Shown: positions 58,148 through 64,000 of the stretch, in pieces
Position numbering within the stretch: the stretch's first letter is position 1
How the letters are laid out: the number at the start of each line of letters is the position of its first letter
Source: a virus
Reading direction: 5' to 3' (one strand)
Virus record (IMG/VR): IMGVR_UViG_3300045988_129957
DNA length: 64,000 nt
Notes under the pieces: model-generated
What the model was told of the DNA's origin: nothing
What the model saw: the letters and a program-made list of their open reading frames with translations, nothing else
The model's database searches: none
Position numbers and translations under genes: made by a program

Positions 58148-58567
58148 AAACTATTATTTTAGGTATATAATTATCTTATCTTATCAATGACCTCTCTCTT
58201 GAACTCGTAATATTCATATATGCGACCTTTATAATCAGCCACCATTTCTTAAAATTACTTCTGCTTCTTCTGCGCTGTTAAGTTTTAATTCGTTTCCCAT
58301 TTTATGTATTGTTTTCGCCGTTCACTATCTGATTAATGTATGGCCCTGGCCACGAACAGCCAGGCTGGCCTCATGGCAGGACGGGCGCCTCCTTACCCTG
58401 GCTGCTCTGCCCACTCCCTGTATCCTACGTTAAAACCAATAGGATCATACCTTTTGATCATAGTACCATAATTCTCTCTACCGCAATACCTGTTCTTTCC
58501 TCCAATGATCCATGCCTCATCGTCTCTATCTGGAGATATGGAGTTAAGAAACTTCTCATAATCTTTT

Positions 58568-58927
58568 CTACTCTTTCCCATCTTTGTCTTGATTTAAGCA
58601 ATAGTTAATAAAATAAGCAACCTGTTCATTTTCCCCTGTATTATCAAAATCACCTAAAGTCATATCATCATAGTCCAGCAGAACCATGCGAAAATCGTTT
58701 TTTTTGACATACACCTCCGTTAAAAACATAGGAATCCCAGCAATTTCTATTATCACCGGAAACTGATCATCAAAGTCAAACGCATTATTATCTTCTCCCC
58801 ATTTTTTAAATTTTAGCTTTATACTTCCACCATTCTCCACTAATGCCTCTTTGATGTACTTTAATCTTTTTGCATTCAGATCAATCTCTGCTTTTTCTAT
58901 TTCTTTGTACAATTCATTCAGATCCAT
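58568..58927 (-). CDS. Hypothetical protein (119 aa)
   Basis: ORF. Confidence 0.35.
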   Translation of the reverse strand: MDLNELYKEIEKAEIDLNAKRLKYIKEALVENGGSIKLKFKKWGEDNNAFDFDDQFPVIIEIAGIPMFLTEVYVKKNDFRMVLLDYDDMTLGDFDNTGENEQVAYFINYCLNQDKDGKE

Positions 58928-59014
58928 ATTCCACTATATTTATATTGTCAAATTTTTCTTTTATAATATCCAAAGCACCGCACTCGTTTGTTACCATAAC
59001 ATACTTTCCCGGCT

Positions 59015-59266
59015 TCATTCCTTTATTCTCCTTATCTTTAAATTGTTATTCCCACAGTATTCCTTCAGCCAACTATCCGTTAGATAACGATTAACTCTAT
59101 CGTATTTCTTTTTCGGACCCTTGCTCCAGAATTTCCATTCGTTTGTGATATTGTACCCATATTTATCAAACCAATAGATATAATACACTACGTTACCATA
59201 TAAATCCACTCTTTTTCTTTCCTGTATGACTACCTCATAAGGTATCTCCTTGTCTCTTTTTCCCAT
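59015..59266 (-). CDS. Hypothetical protein (83 aa)
   Basis: ORF. Confidence 0.3.
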   Translation of the reverse strand: MGKRDKEIPYEVVIQERKRVDLYGNVVYYIYWFDKYGYNITNEWKFWSKGPKKKYDRVNRYLTDSWLKEYCGNNNLKIRRIKE

Positions 59267-59343
59267 CTTTGTCCTCCTTCCTTGAATAAAAAAACGGCGC
59301 CTATCTTCGCAGACCAGTGCCGGTAACTAACTTACATGGAAAA

Positions 59344-59754
59344 CTACTTAACCTCAACTAATTCTACAGAGCTGTAGAATTTAGTGAAGCTACCAACAAA
59401 TTCTCTTATATTTTTATATTCTTCTGGTCGTTTTCCGTTACCATCTTTTATATAATTCACCCACAGTCTATCCTCTATGTTCTTAATCGCATTCTCTATC
59501 GTAAATTCGTCGCTGACGCTCATTAAACACGAAGACCCGGTTTTCTTATGTGGTTTATATATCCTTGAAAAAGACCACATTTTTATTCTATCATATATAT
59601 ATCCGTTGTTGGGATAAACGAATCCTATCCGGCTGTCACCTTCTTTAGCGTAAAACACACCTGGCTCCTTCCCGCCCTTTCTATATACTACAAATCCTTT
59701 TTCTTTTAGGATATTAACCACTTTATCTAATTTATTTTCTACGTTCATTTTCAT
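59344..59754 (-). CDS. Hypothetical protein (136 aa)
   Basis: ORF. Confidence 0.4.
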   Translation of the reverse strand: MKMNVENKLDKVVNILKEKGFVVYRKGGKEPGVFYAKEGDSRIGFVYPNNGYIYDRIKMWSFSRIYKPHKKTGSSCLMSVSDEFTIENAIKNIEDRLWVNYIKDGNGKRPEEYKNIREFVGSFTKFYSSVELVEVK

Positions 59755-60205
59755 GCAAAAATTTAAAAACGACCCTCATTATAGTTGCGAAGTTCTCTAC
59801 CTTAACCCACTCATGAGCTACTGCTCTAAGTACAGACGTTTCATATGTTGGGACATTGTCTTCTTCAACCACCTTACAAGAAGCCAGAACTCCTTCAGTC
59901 GGCTTTAGTCCGAGGTCATGCAGCTCGCAGAGACCGCCCGGCTGGCGGAATGCGCACCACCCGTCTTTCTCTGTTGGCTGGATCATCGCTATTGGTTTTT
60001 CTTTCACTGCAAGATACCCTACCATCCACATTGTTTCTTTTAACCTGTCAGCGTATCCGGCATCTATGATAGCCTCTATGTCTTTTGGCGTACCAATACA
60101 AGGAACTTTACACATGTTTTTACATTTATCACATGTACAAGGTTGCTCCCATCTGTTATGATCTATGCCTACCAACTTCTTTATCCGTTCTACTTCTTCT
60201 TTCAT
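59732..60205 (-). CDS. Cys-rich hypothetical protein (157 aa; CxCxxCxxxCxxxC N-terminus)
   Basis: CTCDKCKNMCKVPC cluster. Confidence 0.4.
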   Translation of the reverse strand: MKEEVERIKKLVGIDHNRWEQPCTCDKCKNMCKVPCIGTPKDIEAIIDAGYADRLKETMWMVGYLAVKEKPIAMIQPTEKDGWCAFRQPGGLCELHDLGLKPTEGVLASCKVVEEDNVPTYETSVLRAVAHEWVKVENFATIMRVVFKFLHENERRK

Positions 60206-60206
60206 A

Positions 60207-60488
60207 TTATACTATCTCTGCTAGTTTTTCATAATACAACTTCATTTCCGGTGAAGCATATTCCATGAATGCTTCGAATAAGTAGGGTACCTCTATTATC
60301 ATATTCACATTACAACCTTCTGCCTGTGAAAGAGATTCAAGATCATTGCTGTATGAACACGTTACATGAGCTCCTACATTAAACACATGTAAATCTAATC
60401 TTACATATTCCATACATAAATCTAACGCTTTAAACAAGTTCTCTACCTCAATCTCCTGAAATAGGTCTATAAACATCCTTAAATCCAT
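60207..60488 (-). CDS. Hypothetical protein (93 aa)
   Basis: ORF. Confidence 0.35.
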   Translation of the reverse strand: MDLRMFIDLFQEIEVENLFKALDLCMEYVRLDLHVFNVGAHVTCSYSNDLESLSQAEGCNVNMIIEVPYLFEAFMEYASPEMKLYYEKLAEIV

Positions 60489-60871
60489 TATTTTACCACC
60501 CTTTCTACATGTTTAATTAATACTACTGCTATTCCATTGCCGGTTTTTATCGCACATTCCGATCCCCTTATCCATTCTACACACCCTACATACTTTTCCG
60601 TAGCATGAAATCCGGGATTGTATTTTCCAGATGTACTGAACTCTACCGTATCCCCTACCTTCAGATCATCAAAAGCGACAGACCATGTGGTCCAAATTCT
60701 ATCATGTCTCCCAGGCTGAATGGCCCCAATTACGCCCTTCTTACGACCGTTTTTTATTGCCCTTAGTATTATCTTTCTATCACCTTCGATAAGGCTGCAA
60801 AAGCGCCCGTAAAAGGTCAAATCAACCTGTTTTCCTCCTATTTCTTCTCTTATTTTTGTTATTCTGTTCAT
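60488..60871 (-). CDS. Hypothetical protein (127 aa)
   Basis: ORF. Confidence 0.4.
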   Translation of the reverse strand: MNRITKIREEIGGKQVDLTFYGRFCSLIEGDRKIILRAIKNGRKKGVIGAIQPGRHDRIWTTWSVAFDDLKVGDTVEFSTSGKYNPGFHATEKYVGCVEWIRGSECAIKTGNGIAVVLIKHVERVVK

Positions 60872-61095
60872 TTTCTGATTTTGTTTTATTTTTTTCTTTG
60901 TTTTTTCTATCTTCTATAGAAGATGATAATAACATTATCTTTTCTATGTTACTTTTTGACTGTAAAAAAGAATCGCATTTCATTACTACTACCACCTTCT
61001 TAAGTTCCCCATTATCGTATAGCGATACACGCATCATGTTTTGCACCTCGTCCACTATCAGACCTGGAGTAGTCTTAGCCATTTTGCGTAGCTTA

Positions 61096-61344
61096 TTATA
61101 CTCCGGTCTTTCCATTTCCTCTGTTTATTACTCTATAGTATTTATCCTTATCCCCTTCTTTCAACTTCTCCAGATAGAAAATTCCATCATGTAAATGAGA
61201 CAAACAAAACCTGTATCCGTATTTCTGTACTCTTCTTACATGATCCCGCAGTCTTATCTCTTCACTTTTGTCTTGTACTTTGATTTTAATACTGTCTCCT
61301 TCTTTGATTGTGTATAAAATAGTTTGAATCTCTTCTTTTTTCAT
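61096..61344 (-). CDS. Hypothetical protein (82 aa from ATG 61344)
   Basis: Track ORF starts at GTG 61380; internal ATG (MKKEEIQ) more likely. Confidence 0.35.
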   Translation of the reverse strand: MKKEEIQTILYTIKEGDSIKIKVQDKSEEIRLRDHVRRVQKYGYRFCLSHLHDGIFYLEKLKEGDKDKYYRVINRGNGKTGV

Positions 61345-61407
61345 TTTATAAAATATTTTAACGGCAGCACCTATACTCACGCACCACTACTGCCTTATGT
61401 TTAACAA

Positions 61408-62217
61408 TTAAATACTTAACTCTTCAATGGTCAAGCCTTTTTCTTTTGCCCACTTTAGCATCGCGCATAATTCTGTTTCTGACTTATATTTCGGATCACG
61501 CCACGCCCATCCGAATTTATCCAGGACATGATGATATAATTCGTCGGCCTTTGCCGTGTAAATGTCTTTGAATAAATGCTCCGAACCTTCCGGTATAAGC
61601 ATCTCTGTTGTTGCAAAATCGGAATACGATAAACATCCGTAAGCATATTCTGTTATTTCACTCCATGCTTCTCCGGCTTTAAATCCAAATTCTTTTACAA
61701 AAGCCAAAGTTAGATACATATTTAATAATATTGTTACATCATATCCGGAATCCGACTTTCTTTCTATTATTTCCTTTTCAAATTCCTTTAAATCTTCAGG
61801 TCCTAAAAAGATGTATCCTGATACCGACCGGTAATTAGCCTCCGCATACTTCTTGCATTTATCATCATTGACAATCTTACTAATGTTAGATAACATCTTT
61901 TGCCTCCATTCATCACAAAACTCTACCTCTACGTTCATCCAATCAGTACCATAATTATATTCTTTCGGATATCCGACCGATGTTACCTTTATACTATTCA
62001 CGCCATATCCGTAAAGGCGTTCACTTACCTCATTCGCCCATTCCTGTACAAAAGGAATAAACTTATTGTAATAAGAATCAAAATCAAAATCCGATTCCTC
62101 CTCATATTCTGGCATCTCTTCATAATCCTGTTCAAAGAAATGACGAGGATCTGCTATTGTTTCGTAGAAACTTACGTTAATGAAACAAAACTCGTTGGTT
62201 GTCGTTTTTAATATCAT
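61408..62217 (-). CDS. Hypothetical acidic protein (269 aa)
   Basis: ORF. Confidence 0.45.
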   Translation of the reverse strand: MILKTTTNEFCFINVSFYETIADPRHFFEQDYEEMPEYEEESDFDFDSYYNKFIPFVQEWANEVSERLYGYGVNSIKVTSVGYPKEYNYGTDWMNVEVEFCDEWRQKMLSNISKIVNDDKCKKYAEANYRSVSGYIFLGPEDLKEFEKEIIERKSDSGYDVTILLNMYLTLAFVKEFGFKAGEAWSEITEYAYGCLSYSDFATTEMLIPEGSEHLFKDIYTAKADELYHHVLDKFGWAWRDPKYKSETELCAMLKWAKEKGLTIEELSI

Positions 62218-62468
62218 AACTTTTTGTATTTACGTACATTTTTCTTGCCATAGAATCTACACATGGCACGAATCTGACTATAAAATACTTTTGTCCTCCT
62301 GGCCTCAAAGTATTTAAACATTTCTTCATTCTTTGTTTCCCAAACGTAATCCGTTTGGGAACTCATGCGATCTTTCTCCTTGCGTGAATAATGGTAATAT
62401 GATACCACAACACGTTTCATACCATTCTTTACAGGTACGATATTTACGTCTATACTATTCTCTGTCAT
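62214..62468 (-). CDS. Hypothetical protein (84 aa)
   Basis: ORF. Confidence 0.35.
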   Translation of the reverse strand: MTENSIDVNIVPVKNGMKRVVVSYYHYSRKEKDRMSSQTDYVWETKNEEMFKYFEARRTKVFYSQIRAMCRFYGKKNVRKYKKL

Positions 62469-62587
62469 ATTATTATTGTTTTATGCATTATACAAATACA
62501 AAGAGCGCATACCTTCACAGGCCGGCGCTCCTTTCAATAAAAATGAAAAAACTAATATTACATAAACATATTGTTTTCTACTCTTTA

Positions 62588-62821
62588 TTACAATACTTTT
62601 GTTCCGCAATTATTATATCTTCCGTACTCTTTTTTCGTATCATTCAAGATTTCAAAAACCATCTTCTTGTGATCTTCGTTTGGTAACCTATCCTTAACAG
62701 CCGATATTACGCCCGCTATAGACGTGAATCCTGAATCTGTTATTGAACACAGCAACACACCTCTGTTGGCGCCGGTGCTTATTGCTGACGCCTTTATAAT
62801 ATCATTTTTATATATTCTCAT
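62588..62821 (-). CDS. Hypothetical protein (77 aa)
   Basis: ORF. Confidence 0.35.
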   Translation of the reverse strand: MRIYKNDIIKASAISTGANRGVLLCSITDSGFTSIAGVISAVKDRLPNEDHKKMVFEILNDTKKEYGRYNNCGTKVL

Positions 62822-62845
62822 AACTCTTTTGTTTTATTGTTTGTG

Positions 62846-62920
62846 AGATGCCCAGAATCGAACCAGGACCGGCACATACATACCGGCACGCCGCGCCATC
62901 CCTCTATGATACACAAATAG
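62846..62920 (-). other. tRNA-like fragment: T-arm (GGTTCGATTC) plus acceptor-like 3' segment on minus strand; not a complete cloverleaf
   Basis: Plus-strand gaatcgaacc = revcomp of canonical T-loop; GC-rich neighbourhood atypical for this genome; second ggttcg at 62930-62940. Confidence 0.25.
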
Positions 62921-62995
62921 ACATGCCTATTCTCACGAACCGACATGCCAAAACCCAAAACTTAATTTGATGAATAAAATAGATTAACAAAAATA

Positions 62996-63310
62996 CTATT
63001 CTAACTCTTTTATAATATCTTTCACAATATTCAGCCTTACCTCCTTCGTTTCTGGACTAATACAACCAAACCACCCATAAAACGTTCTTGTTTCCTCTGG
63101 TTCTGTGGCCATACTTATCTTCTCTTCCAATTCCGGGAAATATATTCTCACCATTTCGTCTGAACGAAACTCATAGATATTTTTATGTGTTTTGAAATAC
63201 ATAAACACTACATTTCTTAACGCAACACATATGTATTCCCCATCCTCTAACCTATCAATCATCTCATATACCTTTTTCCATATGAATAATCGCTCTTCTT
63301 TTGTAAACAT
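62996..63310 (-). CDS. Hypothetical protein (104 aa)
   Basis: ORF. Confidence 0.35.
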   Translation of the reverse strand: MFTKEERLFIWKKVYEMIDRLEDGEYICVALRNVVFMYFKTHKNIYEFRSDEMVRIYFPELEEKISMATEPEETRTFYGWFGCISPETKEVRLNIVKDIIKELE

Positions 63311-63318
63311 ATTCTTCT

Positions 63319-63666
63319 TTATTTTTGTGGTATTATTTGACTGTACGCAGACTTTTCCATGTACACAATACTATGCTCCTGTCCAAGTATTTTCTTTGCT
63401 GCTTCTTTCTTTATCGCGCAATATCTCCCTGTACGATACGGATTCTTTTGATCTGATCCATCCTCAACTTCGATAATAAAACAACCTCCGTCATCTATTA
63501 TCTTTTTGCAATTGTCACATATTTCTCCCGTGCATATATGATGCGGCGCCTGCCCTTTGATGTTATTCCCTAATAAAGCAATCCCCATCTCTTCACCGCA
63601 TACTATGCATAGTTCTATGGATGGATTCAACCCATGCTCTGGATGCAATACAATACCGTCTTTCAT
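63319..63666 (-). CDS. Cys-rich hypothetical protein (115 aa)
   Basis: CIVCGEE...HHICTGEICDNC. Confidence 0.4.
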   Translation of the reverse strand: MKDGIVLHPEHGLNPSIELCIVCGEEMGIALLGNNIKGQAPHHICTGEICDNCKKIIDDGGCFIIEVEDGSDQKNPYRTGRYCAIKKEAAKKILGQEHSIVYMEKSAYSQIIPQK

Positions 63667-63983
63667 TTTCTATCCTCCTTTATTAATTCTATTATAAACT
63701 TTTTATCTTGTTCCCACAATGGCAGCCCTTCTTTTACTGTGTATGCCACTGTTTCCCTCTCTCCTATTAATCGCACGGCAATCTCTCTTGCTTTCAAGTC
63801 ATCCTCCTCATGCGATTTGTTTATTAAATCATAGGCACATGATTCCACCTTTTGCCTTTCGATTATTATCGAACCCATTAACTCGCTTATATGCGATCCT
63901 AAAAACGATAAGACATTAATAGCTTTCCCAATATCATTTGAAATAGCACTTGCTAAATACATCTTATCCATATACTCCGGCAA
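63663..63983 (-). CDS. Hypothetical protein (106 aa)
   Basis: ORF, 4-nt overlap with downstream. Confidence 0.35.
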   Translation of the reverse strand: MPEYMDKMYLASAISNDIGKAINVLSFLGSHISELMGSIIIERQKVESCAYDLINKSHEEDDLKAREIAVRLIGERETVAYTVKEGLPLWEQDKKFIIELIKEDRK

Positions 63984-64000
63984 AGCCTCGTATGCCGTTT

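Noticed and set aside
1561-59960. Short GC-rich patches (60-100 bp, >60% GC) scattered inside genes of an otherwise ~33% GC genome (e.g. 1561-1660, 4431-4500, 16261-16330, 35221-35290, 38621-38700, 58341-58420)
   Set aside because: They encode Pro/Ala/Gly/Arg-rich linker peptides (e.g. RPAPPAQPAPAAQA, NQPPTPPK), so the composition is driven by amino-acid content. No shared motif among them.
62846-62920. Complete tRNA gene
   Set aside because: Only a T-arm-like hairpin plus weak acceptor pairing could be drawn. No D-arm or anticodon stem; the T-stem has two G-U pairs.
1-64000. CRISPR array, reverse transcriptase/DGR, integrase
   Set aside because: No regularly spaced direct repeats. No RT (YxDD) or tyrosine/serine recombinase motifs recognised in any ORF of this window.

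Overview
This window reads as a segment of a Bacteroidota-infecting phage genome, probably crAss-like. It is AT-rich. Three +-strand intergenic regions carry Bacteroides-type TAnnTTTG -7 motifs and a TRL-family Bacteroides lipoprotein gene is present; the genome type and host were not confirmed by any search. Positions 1-21.7 kb carry a co-oriented +-strand block, interpreted as late/virion genes. It contains two giant ORFs: one of at least 2042 aa that enters the window from upstream, and one of 2140 aa. Between them are a 752-aa protein and several small low-complexity proteins. Several Rho-independent terminators are present, and a 13-bp perfect inverted repeat marks the point where the + block meets the - block. 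From 21.8 kb to the end, a convergent --strand block carries replication and nucleotide-metabolism genes: a C5-cytosine DNA methyltransferase, a DUF5664-like dNTP pyrophosphohydrolase, an SF2 DEAH helicase, a Cas4-like PD-(D/E)xK exonuclease, a DnaB-family helicase and a zinc-ribbon/TOPRIM primase. The same block carries an accessory NfeD-flotillin-ACP cluster and many small genes of unknown function. Embedded at 42-45.5 kb are two apparent insertion-sequence cargos. The first is a 408-aa IscB (OMEGA) RNA-guided nuclease with an adjacent 430-bp ORF-free upstream region where an omegaRNA would be expected. The second is an IS1595/ISXO2-family DDE transposase. A tight five-gene operon at 49.5-52.7 kb encodes a Pol-beta-fold nucleotidyltransferase and an ABC-like P-loop ATPase. 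A G9 homopolymer separates a gene from its natural ATG start, and several repeat or hairpin elements and a tRNA-like T-arm fragment are noted. No CRISPR array, reverse transcriptase, integrase, DNA polymerase or recognisable RNAP DxDGD motif was seen in this window. Functional calls rest on motifs read by eye from the translations; no database search was run.
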